From: a bacterium
Lineage (GTDB): Bacteria; Fibrobacterota; Fibrobacteria; UBA11236
Direction: 5' to 3'
Length of the DNA stretch: 64,000 bases
Assembly: GCA_900299345.1 (NCBI GenBank)
Contig: OMJM01000065.1
Span: forward strand, 16,531-80,530
Under the pieces are notes generated by a model that did not search any database, was not told where the DNA came from, and saw nothing but the letters and a program-made list of their open reading frames with translations. Position 1 is the first letter of the stretch. The number at the start of each line of letters is the position of its first letter. Below, in pieces: positions 8,993-20,456 of the stretch. Position numbers and translations under genes: made by a program.

Positions 8993-10014
8993 ATTTTTTT
9001 CTTCCCGCAGAGTGGGAACCCCAACGGGCGATTTGGTTCACGTGGCCGCAGAATGCGGATACGTGGACGCCCGTGTGGCCCGATGCCAAAGCGACCTATG
9101 AGAAAGTGATAGCGGCGTCCCTTCGTTTTCAGGACGTTGTGCTTCTGGCTTCGACATCTGAATTGCAAACGGAGCTTCTCAAACGGTTTGAATCCATTGC
9201 CGCGCATTCCAAGTATCGGCTGGATATTCTGGTATGTCCAACCAACGACAGTTGGATCCGCGATTACGGTGGCATGACGGTTCGTGCCGTGGATGCGCAG
9301 GGTAGTGCGAAACAGACGTTGTTGTCTTTTCAGTTCAACTCCTGGGGCGGCAAATACCCGCCGTGGGACGCGGACAACGCCGTGCCGGGTTTCATGGCCA
9401 GGCATCGTGGTTATGAGATCGTCGAAATTCCCTTCGTACTCGAAGGCGGTTCCATTGATGCAAATGGCGAAGGGTTATTGCTGACGACCCGGTCATGTTT
9501 GTTGAATCCGAATCGCAATCCTGGAAAAACACAAAAGGAAATCGAAGAAACTGTTTCGCGCTATCTGGGCTTGAAAGAAATCCTATGGCTTGATTCCGGT
9601 ATCGATGGTGACGACACGGATGGACACGTGGATGACTTGGCGCGTTTCGTGAACGCCCGTACCGTGTTCTGCGCCGTGGAGATGGATGCGAAGGACGAGA
9701 ACTACGCGGCCTTGCGACGCAACGTTTCCGAGTTGGAAGCTTATGCCCAACATTTGGGATTGGAAGTGGTCGAGGTTCCCATGCCGGGGCGGCAGATTCG
9801 AGCGGGATTGCGGACGCCTGCGACTTACATGAATTTTCTCATCCTCAATGGCGCGGTGCTGGTTCCGGTATTTCAGGATCCGAGAGATGATGTCACCCTT
9901 GCGCTGTTCGCCCGTTTTTTTCCCGTGCGCGAAATCGTACCCATCGACTGCCGTGCGTTGGTTTACGGACAAGGCGCAATCCATTGCAGCTCCATGCAGG
10001 AGGCGCTGGTTTAG
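8989..10014 (+). CDS. aguA: agmatine deiminase
   Basis: 341-aa product from the GTG at 8989 (MNFFLPAEWEPQ...) with motifs DSWIRDYGG and GGxxHCxSxQ (GQGAIHCSSMQ). The long 5' extension of ORF 8572..10014 is not coding. Confidence 0.85.
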   Translation: MNFFLPAEWEPQRAIWFTWPQNADTWTPVWPDAKATYEKVIAASLRFQDVVLLASTSELQTELLKRFESIAAHSKYRLDILVCPTNDSWIRDYGGMTVRAVDAQGSAKQTLLSFQFNSWGGKYPPWDADNAVPGFMARHRGYEIVEIPFVLEGGSIDANGEGLLLTTRSCLLNPNRNPGKTQKEIEETVSRYLGLKEILWLDSGIDGDDTDGHVDDLARFVNARTVFCAVEMDAKDENYAALRRNVSELEAYAQHLGLEVVEVPMPGRQIRAGLRTPATYMNFLILNGAVLVPVFQDPRDDVTLALFARFFPVREIVPIDCRALVYGQGAIHCSSMQEALV

Positions 10015-10035
10015 GGGAATTGGCCCGAGCATTTT

Positions 10036-11418
10036 ATGCCAGTCTCCTCCCAACCGCCGCGCGGCACGTCCTCCCGCCAAACCGCCTGGCGCATTTTGCT
10101 GGAGCAGGAATCCTCCGGTGCTTTCCTCAAGGACATGTTCGCCTCGCGGTTGCGGGGCTTCTCGCGCGAAGATGCGGATCTGATCCGCAACATCTGCCTC
10201 GGCATCATCCGCTGGAAGCGGCTCATCGACTACAATCTCGATTTGCAGGTGCAACGCGGGATTCGTGACGAAGCCTTGCGCATGCTTTTGCGAGTCGGCG
10301 TCTACCAAATCCTGTTTCTCACCGGCGTCCCGGCGTTCGCCGCCGTGGACACGACCGTGGAGATCGTCAAACGCGAGTTCGGAAAATCCGATGCGGGGTT
10401 CGCCAACGCCGTGTTGAAGGCCATCGCGAAGCACGGATTGCGCCATGCTCCGAATCCCGGCAATCGGAATCTCAAGGCTCTGGCGATCAATACATCGCAT
10501 CCTGACTGGATGGTGGAACAATGGAACGGCGCATTGGAACACGAAAAGTTGGAATCCACCTTGCGCCGGAACAACGAGGAAGCGCCGCTGTGGATTCGTT
10601 TTAATCCACGCAAGATTGCAGTGGTGGACGCGATGAAGGCTTTGACCGACGAAGGTGTGGAACTGGAACCGTGTCCGGATGTTTCATTGTATGCGAAAAT
10701 TGTTCGTGGCGCGGACATCGCCTTGCGATCACCGTTGTTTGCGCAGGGTGGGTTTTCCTTTCAGGATCCGGTGGCGTGGTGGGTGGCCACCTTGCTTGAC
10801 GGGCATCCGGGCCAAACTGTGCTGGATGCTTGTGCGGCTCCGGGGGGAAAATCAGCGCTATTGTTGGAAATGGCCGTGTCACGCGGTGAAGACATTTCCT
10901 CTTTCGGTATTATCAGCAGCGATCTTTTCTTCTCCCGCATCCGCCGCATCCGCGATGCCCGGGAACGTTTGGGTCACAAGGAACTTTCTCCGGTGTGTGC
11001 CGATTTGATGTCTCCTCCGTGGCGGAAAAAATTTGATCGCATTTTGCTCGACGCTCCCTGCAGCAACCTCGGTGTGTTGCGCCGCCGTCCCGAAGCTCGC
11101 TGGAGTCTCACACCCGAAAAAATTGATTCCATGGCAAAGCGGCAACGGGAATTATTGGATAAAACCGCGGAGTTGTTGGCTCCGGGTGGCCGCATCGTTT
11201 ACGCCACTTGCAGTGCGGAATCAGAAGAAACGATGGATGTCATACGGGATTTTCTCGCGCGCCATCCGGAATTCTCTCTTGCGGAAGCGCGCAGCGATAT
11301 TCCAGAATCGTTGTGCAAACAGGGGTGCCTATGGGTTTATCCCGGTGAAACTGATTACGACGGTTTCTTTGCCGCGGCGTTGAGTCTTGAACGCTGTCAA
11401 AAGACTCAACGGGAATAA
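10036..11418 (+). CDS. rsmB: 16S rRNA (cytosine967-C5)-methyltransferase RsmB/Sun family
   Basis: N-terminal NusB-like region, SAM motif DACAAPGGKS, and catalytic motifs DAPCSNLG and YATCS. Confidence 0.8.
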   Translation: MPVSSQPPRGTSSRQTAWRILLEQESSGAFLKDMFASRLRGFSREDADLIRNICLGIIRWKRLIDYNLDLQVQRGIRDEALRMLLRVGVYQILFLTGVPAFAAVDTTVEIVKREFGKSDAGFANAVLKAIAKHGLRHAPNPGNRNLKALAINTSHPDWMVEQWNGALEHEKLESTLRRNNEEAPLWIRFNPRKIAVVDAMKALTDEGVELEPCPDVSLYAKIVRGADIALRSPLFAQGGFSFQDPVAWWVATLLDGHPGQTVLDACAAPGGKSALLLEMAVSRGEDISSFGIISSDLFFSRIRRIRDARERLGHKELSPVCADLMSPPWRKKFDRILLDAPCSNLGVLRRRPEARWSLTPEKIDSMAKRQRELLDKTAELLAPGGRIVYATCSAESEETMDVIRDFLARHPEFSLAEARSDIPESLCKQGCLWVYPGETDYDGFFAAALSLERCQKTQRE

Positions 11419-12884
11419 TTCAACGTCATCCGCCACCGTGTTTCACCTTCAGCAAAGTTGGGGAAGCAGGGAATGGAACCGTTGGCTTCCCAAGTCCATC
11501 CTCGTTGAAATTTCCAACGCAGCCACAATGAAGCGAGTGCTGACAAATCCTGATCCTCGCTGGATTCAAACTGCATCCCAGGTCGAACGCGGAAGCCACT
11601 CCAGCGAGCTTCGGCGGCCAGCGAAAAACCCTGGCGCAGGAAAGAACCGTTGCTCCAGTCGCGATAGATACCTGCCTGCCATTCCGGAACGCGACCTAAA
11701 GCGGTTTCCAGCGATATGAAATCACGGGCGCTGGTGGATCCGGAAACGCCGGTGGATTGTCTGTGCGATCCACGCGCTTCAAAGCGCGCGTCATTCCGTG
11801 TCCATTCCGCTGTCCCGCGCATTCCGAATTTACGGGTGGCGGCAGACGGATTCCATGCGCTCCAACTTTCCGTGTTCACATTTCCTTTACCATTGTTGGC
11901 GTGAAAGGGGATGTGAAAGGCGAGGGAGCCTTCTCCCGTGCCCCATGCCGAAGAATCCTTGATGTCATCCGGAGAATAAGTAGGATCCCACACCGACGTC
12001 CAATTTTTGTCGCGCTGCCGGAGCATCAACTCCATGCGTGCTTCCCGTCCCAAAGGTTGAATCCATTTTGCGGCGGCGGCGAATCCTCCGTCGGGGTTTT
12101 GCCGTGTGGAAGACCACGCTCCGTTCAACGACAAACGCTGTTGCGGCGAAGCAATACCCACGGCGATGAGCTGATCCGTCACGGAATCCTCTCCATCACG
12201 AGTGATACGTGTTTCCGAGAATTGCAGGGATGTAAACCATGGGCGATCCTCATCCAACATTGCGGGGATTGCGGTCATTACACCGGCAGTGAATTGACGC
12301 AGCTCCCACGGTTTTTCCCATGGTGTTGCGCCACCACCTTGCACCGGTTCCCATGCGCTTGCCACGTAGCTTTTCCAGTTTTCCGTCTCAACGCCCGCAC
12401 CCAAGCCTTGAGGAATGGAAGAGGTCGGCAGGAATGACGCGGCTTCCGGAGAAGCTTTCCATCCCAAAGGAAGTGAACGCCGTGGCAGCCAACGTGGACC
12501 CAACGGCATGGCGGGATCGTTCATGTCTCCCGCCAGCAGACGCCAACCGTTGTGATTCCAGGCGAGTTGACGGCGCGTCAGACTGTCGCCCCGCAATTCG
12601 AACTGCGTGTTCCAGCCGTTGGCGCGGGCATGATGGCGCAACACCGATTTCATGGGCGAGGAAGGAGTTCGCGAAACGGAGAATGATGCCCGGCTGAATT
12701 CTTTCTTTGACGGTTCTTCCCGTGCATTTTGCAGATGAGCCGTTTCCCATGCACATGAATCCTGTGGCGCCGCATCCGGTGTGACGGACGGATAGGCGTA
12801 TCCCCGGTCTTCGAGCTGTGTGGAATCTTCGCAACCAACCGGAGCGATGGAGGCGATCAGCAGGGGCAGAAGGGCTGTGAGCAT
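11406..12884 (-). CDS. hypothetical lipoprotein, Trp-rich (possible outer-membrane protein)
   Basis: Lipoprotein-type signal MLTALLPLLIASIAPVGC. 492 aa, rich in aromatic residues and Gly. No recognised domain. Confidence 0.5.
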   Translation of the reverse strand: MLTALLPLLIASIAPVGCEDSTQLEDRGYAYPSVTPDAAPQDSCAWETAHLQNAREEPSKKEFSRASFSVSRTPSSPMKSVLRHHARANGWNTQFELRGDSLTRRQLAWNHNGWRLLAGDMNDPAMPLGPRWLPRRSLPLGWKASPEAASFLPTSSIPQGLGAGVETENWKSYVASAWEPVQGGGATPWEKPWELRQFTAGVMTAIPAMLDEDRPWFTSLQFSETRITRDGEDSVTDQLIAVGIASPQQRLSLNGAWSSTRQNPDGGFAAAAKWIQPLGREARMELMLRQRDKNWTSVWDPTYSPDDIKDSSAWGTGEGSLAFHIPFHANNGKGNVNTESWSAWNPSAATRKFGMRGTAEWTRNDARFEARGSHRQSTGVSGSTSARDFISLETALGRVPEWQAGIYRDWSNGSFLRQGFSLAAEARWSGFRVRPGMQFESSEDQDLSALASLWLRWKFQRGWTWEANGSIPCFPNFAEGETRWRMTLNYSR

Positions 12885-12966
12885 GACCGTGAAACTAACG
12901 GAGGTCGGAAGCTGGCGAGTTGATCGTCATCACACGGTGGCCCCGCTTTTTGCATTTTTCCTCCTT

Positions 12967-14094
12967 ATGAATTCACGGGAAGCCCTGTTTGAGGATTTGC
13001 GGACCTTGGTCATCAAGGTGGGAACCCGCGTGTTGTGCGAGGACGATAATTCGTTGAGCGAGGCGCAACTGGCGAATCTGTCGTCGGGCATCAGCGCCTT
13101 GCAGGATCGCGGTTATTCGGTGGTGCTTGTCACTTCAGGCGCGGTGGGCGTGGGCATGGGCGTGCTCGGCTATTCGGAACGCCCAACCGTTCCGGCGGAA
13201 AAGCAAGCGTGCGCCGCCATCGGCCAGATCCGCCTTATGCAGAAATACGCGGATTTGTTCAAGTCACACGGAAAAACGGTGGGGCAGATTCTGCTCACAG
13301 GCGACGATTTCCACGACGCGAAGCGTTTCAATAATGTGCGCCAGACGGTGCGCACCTTGCTCGCCAAGGGTGTGGTTCCCATTGTCAACGAGAATGACAC
13401 GGTGACCACGGAGGAGATCAAGGTCGGTGACAACGACAAGCTCTCCGCCGATGTGGCGCAGTTTCTCGAAGCCGATTTGCTTGTCATCCTTTCCGACGAG
13501 GAAGGTCTTTACGACAAGAATCCCAAGGCCCATGCTGATGCGCGGCGCATCGAAGTGGTGGAGCGCATTACGCCGGATATCCTTCGCTTGGCCGAGGAAA
13601 AACCCGGATCGAAGGTGAGTGTGGGTGGCATGCGTGCCAAGCTGAATGCCATCCGGCAGGCCACGGAGGCGGGAACGCCCGCCGTGCTGGCGCGCGGTCA
13701 TCGCGTCAACTTGGTGGAACTGGTGCAAGGCCGCGGCGCAGGAACCTTGTTCCTGCCGCGCTCCACCCGCATCGATCGCAAACGCCGCTGGCTGGCATTT
13801 GTGTCCAAGGCCAAAGGTCAGTTGCTATTGGATCCCGGAGCGGTGAAGGCCATGCAAGGTAAGCCGAGCAGTGTCTTGCCTGCCGGAATCAAAAAAGTTC
13901 GCGGAACCTTTGAACCGGGAGACTTTGTTGAAATCTGCACGCTGAAAGGCGAAGTCATCGGCCGAGGTCGTACCGCATACTCTTCCGCCGATGTGGGCAA
14001 GATCAAGGGGCGTAAAAGCGGGGAGATAACGGAGATTTTGGGGCGAAAAGGCCCTGGTGAAATCATCCATCGCGATCGCCTCGTGGTGTATTGA
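12967..14094 (+). CDS. proB: glutamate 5-kinase (with C-terminal PUA domain)
   Basis: Motifs LVIKVGTRVL, VLVTSGAVGVG and a C-terminal PUA-like region. The start is placed at the ATG at 12967 by alignment with the ProB N-terminus. Confidence 0.9.
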   Translation: MNSREALFEDLRTLVIKVGTRVLCEDDNSLSEAQLANLSSGISALQDRGYSVVLVTSGAVGVGMGVLGYSERPTVPAEKQACAAIGQIRLMQKYADLFKSHGKTVGQILLTGDDFHDAKRFNNVRQTVRTLLAKGVVPIVNENDTVTTEEIKVGDNDKLSADVAQFLEADLLVILSDEEGLYDKNPKAHADARRIEVVERITPDILRLAEEKPGSKVSVGGMRAKLNAIRQATEAGTPAVLARGHRVNLVELVQGRGAGTLFLPRSTRIDRKRRWLAFVSKAKGQLLLDPGAVKAMQGKPSSVLPAGIKKVRGTFEPGDFVEICTLKGEVIGRGRTAYSSADVGKIKGRKSGEITEILGRKGPGEIIHRDRLVVY

Positions 14095-14114
14095 GTCCTA
14101 TTTAGTTTTCCCCT

Positions 14115-15371
14115 ATGGACTTAACGACTTACGCTCAGGAATTGGGCGCAAAGGCCAAAGCCGCTTCGCGCGCGCTGCGTGCCACGACCCAAAAGCAGCG
14201 CAACGATGTGCTGAAATCCATGGCCAAACAGATCCGCGTCAATGCCAAAGTCATTCTGGAAGCCAATGCGCAGGACGTGGAGGAAGGCAAAGCCAACGGT
14301 CTTTCGTCCGCCATGATCGATCGGTTGTTACTGAATCCCAAACGACTTGAGGGAATCGCGGCCAGCGTTGAAGACATCGCCAAGCTGCCCGATCCGCTTG
14401 GACGGATCATCGGCAAACACAAACGCAAGGATGGATTGAAGATTTCCCGCATCTCCGTTCCCATCGGCGTGGTGTTGTTTATTTTCGAATCGCGTCCCAA
14501 TGTCACCATCGACGGTGCGGCACTGTGCATCAAGAGCGGCAACGCCGTGATCCTGCGAGGTGGCAAGGAGGCCGCGCGGACCAACGCCGCGTTTGGCGAG
14601 TGCGTGCTCGAGGCGCTGCGAGCGGTGAAACTACCAGTGGCCTCGGCGCAGGTGGTGAACACATCGGATCGTTCCTTGCTCGATGTCCTGTTGAAGGATG
14701 CCGCGCACATCGATCTCGTCATTCCTCGCGGCGGAGAAAACCTTATTCATGCCGTGGTGGAAAAGGCGCGTATTCCCGTGGTCAAGCACTACAAGGGATT
14801 GTGTCACACCTACGTGGATAAGAGCGCAGATGCAAAATCCGCCACGGCCATCGTGTTGAATGCCAAGACCCAGCGCACCGGCGTGTGCAATGCCATGGAG
14901 ACGTTGCTACTGGATCGCTCCCTGAAAGCTCAGGTGGGTAAATCGCTGCTCAATGCGCTGTCCGAAAAAGGAGTGGAGCTTTACGGCGATGTGGAATCAC
15001 AGCGTCTGAGCGCGGCGGTGAAACCCGCCACCGAGGATAATTACAACACCGAGTATCTCGACATGAAGTGTTCGGTCAAAGTGGTTGATGGCGTGGACGG
15101 CGCCATCGCGCACATCGCGAAGTATGGAACCGGGCACACCGATGCCGTGCTGGCGAAATCGCCCAAGGTCCAGAAGGCTTTTCTTGCCAACGTAGACAGC
15201 GCTTCAGTGATGGTGAATGCCTCGACCCGTTTTGCGGACGGTGGCGAGTACGGTCTGGGCGCGGAAGTGGGAATTAGCACGGACAAGCTGCACGCTCGTG
15301 GTCCCATGGGCCTGGAAAGTTTGACCACGTATCAATGGATCGTGGAGGGCAAAGGGCATGTCCGAAAGTAA
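14115..15371 (+). CDS. proA: gamma-glutamyl phosphate reductase
   Basis: 418 aa, aldehyde dehydrogenase-like, with the ProA motif [23 protein letters not shown]. Sits directly after proB. Confidence 0.9.
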   Translation: MDLTTYAQELGAKAKAASRALRATTQKQRNDVLKSMAKQIRVNAKVILEANAQDVEEGKANGLSSAMIDRLLLNPKRLEGIAASVEDIAKLPDPLGRIIGKHKRKDGLKISRISVPIGVVLFIFESRPNVTIDGAALCIKSGNAVILRGGKEAARTNAAFGECVLEALRAVKLPVASAQVVNTSDRSLLDVLLKDAAHIDLVIPRGGENLIHAVVEKARIPVVKHYKGLCHTYVDKSADAKSATAIVLNAKTQRTGVCNAMETLLLDRSLKAQVGKSLLNALSEKGVELYGDVESQRLSAAVKPATEDNYNTEYLDMKCSVKVVDGVDGAIAHIAKYGTGHTDAVLAKSPKVQKAFLANVDSASVMVNASTRFADGGEYGLGAEVGISTDKLHARGPMGLESLTTYQWIVEGKGHVRK

Positions 15372-15777
15372 GGGGCCGATTCCCGGACCTGTATTTAATC
15401 CGGTGTGGCTGTCCGACATCAAGTTCGACGACAAAGGATTGGTCACGGCCGTGGCTGTGGATCACGCCAATGGCGATGTGCTCATGCTCGCGCATATGAA
15501 CGCCGAAGCCCTGCGTCTCACCTTGGAAACGGGACGCATGACGTATTGGTCCCGTTCACGAAAATCGCTTTGGGTCAAGGGTGAAAGTTCCGGCAATACG
15601 CAGAAGTTGATCTCCGCGCATCTGGACTGTGACGGAGATGCGCTGGTGTTCCGCATTGTACAGGAAGGCGCAGGCGCCGCATGTCACGAGGGATACCGCA
15701 GTTGTTTTTCGCGCAAGTTTGAAAATGGAAAGTGGATGCGGCAGGGGAAACCTGTTGTCCCTCAGGAGTCACCATGA
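15358..15777 (+). CDS. hisI: phosphoribosyl-AMP cyclohydrolase
   Basis: 139 aa with HisI motifs ([44 protein letters not shown]). Monofunctional. No other his genes are nearby. Confidence 0.8.
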   Translation: MSESKGPIPGPVFNPVWLSDIKFDDKGLVTAVAVDHANGDVLMLAHMNAEALRLTLETGRMTYWSRSRKSLWVKGESSGNTQKLISAHLDCDGDALVFRIVQEGAGAACHEGYRSCFSRKFENGKWMRQGKPVVPQESP

Positions 15778-17315
15778 AAAAGATTGTTTTATTGATCATC
15801 CTTTGCGCCGCATTTTCCGAATCGCGCGCGGTTGTGGCTGTCACGCCTCCGATGGGTTGGAACAGCTATGATGCCTTCAACTTTTCCGTGACCGAAGCTG
15901 AGTTCAAGGCCAACGTTGATACGATCGCCAAGAAGTATCTGCAGTACGGCTGGAACTACGCCGTGGTGGATTGGTGCTGGTCGTTTCCCGGCATGGGCAC
16001 GCAGGCCACACCCAATCAGGGCTGGACCGGCACCGGCAGTGTCACCACCAAGCTCAACATGGATGCCTACGGGCGTCCGATGCCGGACACGGTGCGGCAT
16101 CCTTCGGCACGCGGCGGGCTTGGCTTCAAACCTTTGGCGGATTACACGCACAGCAAGGGATTGAAGTTCGGCATTCACCTGATGCGCGGCATGTATCGTC
16201 AGGCCTATTGGGCCAACCTCCCTGTGTTGGGTACCAGTCAGTTCGCCAAGGACGTCACCGACACCACCAGCAAATGTCCATGGCTCGATCATACCTTCGG
16301 TTTGAAGACCGAAGTCGTGAATGGCAAACCGCAATTGACTGCTGGCGCACAGGCCTACCTCAATTCATTATTTCAACTCTTCGCCAGTTGGGGAGTCGAC
16401 TTCATCAAGATCGACGACATGGTGCAGAACCGGGTGACGCCCCACATCTATGATACCACCATCATGGATGGTTACCGCAAGGCCATTGACCTCACTGGCC
16501 GCGAAATGGTGTTTAGCTCCTCGCCGGGCGCTACGCCTATCGGCGCGGGGCCCGCAATCATTTCCAAATTGAATCAATGGCGCATGGCCGATGATCTGTG
16601 GGATAACTGGACCAGCGTCAACGCCATGTTTGGTCTGTGCGCACAGTGGTATCCGTACGTCGGGCAGGGTCATTTCCCCGACGCCGACATGATTCCCATC
16701 GGACGCCTCTCGAAGCGCGGTCCCAATGGCTCCACGCGCTATTCCAACCTCACGCGTAATGAACAATATCTCGTGATGACGCTCTGGAGCATTTTCCGTT
16801 CTCCGCTGATTTACGGCGGCAACCCGGCGGAAAACCGCACCGCCGAGGATTCTCTGCTCACCAATGCCGATGTCATCGCCGTGAACCAGAGCAGTTCCAA
16901 AAACCGTCCATTGGCGACGGGCAATTATCCGATCTGGGCCGCCGATGCCGCTGATACCAACATCAAGTATGTCGCTTTGTTCAACACCACGGGTTCTACC
17001 GCGACTGTGAGAACCTCCTTGCTAACCGCCTTCGGCAAGTCGGGGTGGGTGGTGAAAAACCTGTGGACGGGCATCGAAACCACCGCCGTCGATTCGCTTT
17101 CGGCGTCACTGACCACGCATACTTCCGCGCTCTATAAACTCACGCCGATCGGTTACGTTCCTGTGATTGCTCCCAAAATCCGTCCGCGTGACAAAAAGCC
17201 GGGCCGGGTCGAACTCTACGAGTTGCGCGGTCGCCGCGTCGATCCTGCTTCCGAAACGGCTCCATCGCAATTGCCCAACGGCACGTACATCCTGAGGAAC
17301 GAAAAAGGAAATTGA
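15774..17315 (+). CDS. glycoside hydrolase family 27 (alpha-galactosidase-like) with T9SS C-terminal domain
   Basis: Signal peptide, then the GH27 hallmark [17 protein letters not shown] and catalytic-region motifs. C-terminus [10 protein letters not shown]...LPNGTYILR resembles a short CTD. The ATG at 15774 overlaps the hisI stop as ATGA. Confidence 0.75.
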   Translation: MKKIVLLIILCAAFSESRAVVAVTPPMGWNSYDAFNFSVTEAEFKANVDTIAKKYLQYGWNYAVVDWCWSFPGMGTQATPNQGWTGTGSVTTKLNMDAYGRPMPDTVRHPSARGGLGFKPLADYTHSKGLKFGIHLMRGMYRQAYWANLPVLGTSQFAKDVTDTTSKCPWLDHTFGLKTEVVNGKPQLTAGAQAYLNSLFQLFASWGVDFIKIDDMVQNRVTPHIYDTTIMDGYRKAIDLTGREMVFSSSPGATPIGAGPAIISKLNQWRMADDLWDNWTSVNAMFGLCAQWYPYVGQGHFPDADMIPIGRLSKRGPNGSTRYSNLTRNEQYLVMTLWSIFRSPLIYGGNPAENRTAEDSLLTNADVIAVNQSSSKNRPLATGNYPIWAADAADTNIKYVALFNTTGSTATVRTSLLTAFGKSGWVVKNLWTGIETTAVDSLSASLTTHTSALYKLTPIGYVPVIAPKIRPRDKKPGRVELYELRGRRVDPASETAPSQLPNGTYILRNEKGN

Positions 17316-18319
17316 CTCCGCGCTGGCTGGAATCCCTGCGGCCATACTGGGCCGGCAACGGTTTTGATCCCCGGAACAAAACGCTCCTCCTCGCGGTGTC
17401 CGGCGGTTGCGACTCCATCGCGCTGCTGGAGCTATTCCATCGGAAGAAGCTTTCTTCAAAACTGACGGCGGTTCACGTCAATCACCGCCTGCGGCCGGAC
17501 GCAGATTCTGATCAGGAATTCGTGGAACACGTGTGTCGTGAGCGAAACATTCCGTTGGAAGTGGAAGTTTTGGATCCTGTGAGCCGTCCGGCGCGACAGT
17601 CGCTGGAGATGTGGGGCAGGGAACATCGATACACCGCATTCGCACATGCCCGAAAAAAGTTCAATGCCGATTTTGTTCTGACCGCGCATCATCGTGACGA
17701 TGTCGTGGAAACTTTTTGTCTGCGGATCTGGCGGGGAACCGGTTTTTCCGGTCTTGCGGGAATTCCCTTTCAAAGAGCCGGGGGGATCGTTCGTCCATTA
17801 TTGCCGATTCGCAAAACGGATCTTGCGGAATGGTTGAGTTCACTGGGAACAACGTGGCGCGAGGACGGTTCAAATACAGATGAAAGCATTCCCCGCAATT
17901 GGGTGCGTCATCAATTGCTGCCGGAATGGCGGAAAAAGGAATCTGATTTGGATGAACGAATCTTCCGACTCACGCAGGACATTTCCGGTCTGCAACCATC
18001 GTGGCATCATTGGTCGAACGCGACCTATCCGGTCGACGAAGTGATTTCGCGTGGCGGCATTCCCATGGAGTGGCTGCGGGACGGCGAAACCGATGCATCG
18101 CTGCTACGCCGGTTATTGCCGCTGATCGGAATTGAAAAACCGTCTCCGGAAGTCTTGGCGGAAATCGATCGGCAGGCGCAAGAGCAATCCCAAGGGCTCA
18201 AGGTGCGAGTGGACGAAGCGAGGGTTCTCTGCGAAAAAAACGGCGTACTTGTTTCATTACGAATCACTCAGCCTGCAAAAAGGACGCTTGGACAGGGTTC
18301 AAAGAGGATTAAAGTGTAG
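17312..18319 (+). CDS. tilS: tRNA(Ile)-lysidine synthetase
   Basis: PP-loop motif SGGCDS in the context LLAVSGGCDSIALL. Sits upstream of ftsH, as in many bacteria. Confidence 0.8.
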   Translation: MTPRWLESLRPYWAGNGFDPRNKTLLLAVSGGCDSIALLELFHRKKLSSKLTAVHVNHRLRPDADSDQEFVEHVCRERNIPLEVEVLDPVSRPARQSLEMWGREHRYTAFAHARKKFNADFVLTAHHRDDVVETFCLRIWRGTGFSGLAGIPFQRAGGIVRPLLPIRKTDLAEWLSSLGTTWREDGSNTDESIPRNWVRHQLLPEWRKKESDLDERIFRLTQDISGLQPSWHHWSNATYPVDEVISRGGIPMEWLRDGETDASLLRRLLPLIGIEKPSPEVLAEIDRQAQEQSQGLKVRVDEARVLCEKNGVLVSLRITQPAKRTLGQGSKRIKV

Positions 18320-18339
18320 TTTTGGGCATGTAAAGGACT

Positions 18340-20382
18340 TTGCTTAATATGCCCGATTCATTGGACGACAAGAATAATCTCGTGGGTGACAAGAAGAAAA
18401 GCGGTTCGCCCAAGCGCCCCAAGCAGGACGACTCCAAAGGTGCGACTCCCGGCAAATGGCGGCGTAAAAACGTTGCCTTTCTGATCGCCATGATCGCCGC
18501 TTCAATTTTGTTGGTTCAGTTGCTGGAACCGCAGAATCAGGTGGAGGAAAAGAGCTACTCCGAATTCAGCAAGTTGATGGACGACACCGCCTTCGGCATC
18601 GCCACCGTGGAAATCACGCGCATCGGCGAGGGATACGTTGTCATCGGGGAACGGAAACTGAGCCCGCAGGAGCAGGTCGAACGGCGACAGATTCAAGGGC
18701 TTTTCCAGGGACGCGCCGCGAAGTTCAAGACTCTTGTGCCGGAATTCGATGCTCCGGATGTGTTCAAGAAAATGCGTGATCGCGGAGTGAAAGTCGAATA
18801 TACGCGTGAGACCCGTTGGTTCAGCTATTTCAGCACCTTCTTCCCGCTGGTATTGCTCATCGTCTTTTTCTGGTTCATGATGGCGCGTCAGGGACAGATG
18901 GGGCCGCGCGGCATTTTCAGCTTTGGAAAAATCAAGACACGTCCCAACGACGAAAACAAAGCCAAAGTGACTTTCAAGGATGTGGCAGGTTGCGACGAAG
19001 CGAAGCAGGAATTGCGGGAGGTCGTGGACTTCCTCCGCGATCCCGCCAAGTTCAGCCGACTGGGCGGTCGTATTCCCAAGGGCGTATTGTTGCTCGGACC
19101 TCCAGGAACAGGCAAGACCTTGCTGGCCAAGGCTGTGGCGGGCGAAGCCAATGTTCCTTTCTTCAGCATGTCGGGATCCGATTTCGTGGAGATGTTCGTC
19201 GGTGTGGGCGCTTCGCGCGTCCGTGATTTATTCGAACAGGGGAAGAAGAGCGCCCCCTGCATCGTTTTCATCGATGAAATCGACGCAGTGGGTCGCCATC
19301 GCGGGGCCGGTCTGGGTGGTGGTCACGATGAACGTGAACAGACCTTGAATCAGTTGCTGGTCGAGATGGACGGCTTCAGCGGCAACGATGGCGTCATCCT
19401 GATTGCCGCCACCAATCGTCCCGATGTGCTCGATCCCGCCTTGCTTCGTCCCGGTCGTTTCGATCGTCAGGTCGTGGTTGATTTGCCGGATGCCAAGGGA
19501 CGCGAGGGAATCCTGCGCGTGCATCTCGACAAGCGCAAGATTCCGCTGGCCGACGACGTGGATGTGTCCAAGGTGGCCAAGGGCACGCCCGGACTTGCTG
19601 GTGCCGATCTTGAAAATCTTGTGAACGAAGCCTGTTTGCTCGCGGCCCGTTTTGGAAATGAAAAAGTTTCCATGGTGGACTTCGAGGAGGCCAAGGACAA
19701 GGTCATGATCGGGTCCGAGCGTTTCTCGCGCATCCTCACCGAGGACGAACGGCGCACGACAGCGTATCATGAAGCCGGTCATGCCGTGGTTTCGCTGAAC
19801 GTGCAGAATGCCGATCCGTTGCATAAGATCACCATCATTCCGCGCGGACGCGCCTTGGGCATCACCTTCCAGCTTCCCGAGAAGGACAGGTACACGGTGG
19901 ATTCGCGCTATGTCCTCGACAAGATCGCCATCCTCATGGGCGGTCGCGCCGCCGAGTTGTTGATCTTCAATCAGATGAATACAGGTGCATCGAACGACAT
20001 CGAGAAGGCGACGGAGCTGGCGCGCAAGTATGTGTGCGAATGGGGCATGTCTGAGCTCGGCCCGATCTCCTTCGGAAAGAAGCAGGAAGAAATTTTCCTG
20101 GGCCGTGAAATCACCCAGCATCGCGATTATTCCGAGTCCACCGCTGTGCAAATTGATCGCGTGGTGCGCGAGATCGTGGACACGCAGATGAAACGGGTTG
20201 CGGACATGTTGGCGGAGAACCGGCAAAAGCTCGTCAATCTTGCCGAAGCCTTGCTGGAACATGAAGTCCTCGAGGCCGATGAGATCCAAAAAGCCGTGCA
20301 GGGCGAATTGCTGACCAGCTCCAAGAAGAGCCGGGCCTTTTTGCAGGGTCGTTCCAACAGCGAAACCGGTTCCAAGAGTTGA
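18340..20382 (+). CDS. ftsH: ATP-dependent zinc metalloprotease FtsH
   Basis: AAA Walker [12 protein letters not shown] region, zinc motif HEAGHA, and two N-terminal TM segments. Confidence 0.95.
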   Translation: MLNMPDSLDDKNNLVGDKKKSGSPKRPKQDDSKGATPGKWRRKNVAFLIAMIAASILLVQLLEPQNQVEEKSYSEFSKLMDDTAFGIATVEITRIGEGYVVIGERKLSPQEQVERRQIQGLFQGRAAKFKTLVPEFDAPDVFKKMRDRGVKVEYTRETRWFSYFSTFFPLVLLIVFFWFMMARQGQMGPRGIFSFGKIKTRPNDENKAKVTFKDVAGCDEAKQELREVVDFLRDPAKFSRLGGRIPKGVLLLGPPGTGKTLLAKAVAGEANVPFFSMSGSDFVEMFVGVGASRVRDLFEQGKKSAPCIVFIDEIDAVGRHRGAGLGGGHDEREQTLNQLLVEMDGFSGNDGVILIAATNRPDVLDPALLRPGRFDRQVVVDLPDAKGREGILRVHLDKRKIPLADDVDVSKVAKGTPGLAGADLENLVNEACLLAARFGNEKVSMVDFEEAKDKVMIGSERFSRILTEDERRTTAYHEAGHAVVSLNVQNADPLHKITIIPRGRALGITFQLPEKDRYTVDSRYVLDKIAILMGGRAAELLIFNQMNTGASNDIEKATELARKYVCEWGMSELGPISFGKKQEEIFLGREITQHRDYSESTAVQIDRVVREIVDTQMKRVADMLAENRQKLVNLAEALLEHEVLEADEIQKAVQGELLTSSKKSRAFLQGRSNSETGSKS

Positions 20383-20384
20383 GT

Positions 20385-20437
20385 CTTCGGGCTGGCCTCG
20401 ATACACCGCTTGCGCGGCGCTCGGCCAGCGATACAAC
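20385..20437 (+). repeat. stem-loop element with TCGATACACC core, downstream of ftsH
   Basis: GCTGGCC-TCGATACACC-[GC-rich hairpin]-TCGGCCAGC-GATACAAC, beginning 3 nt after the ftsH stop. Confidence 0.55.
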
Positions 20438-20456
20438 TTTCCCGTTGAAGTAAGCG

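Noticed and set aside
12820-12966. The longer N-terminal extension of proB (start at 12820 or 12883).
   Set aside because: Alignment with ProB N-termini (xxLVVKxGTSxL) supports the ATG at 12967. The extension would also overlap the divergent lipoprotein gene.
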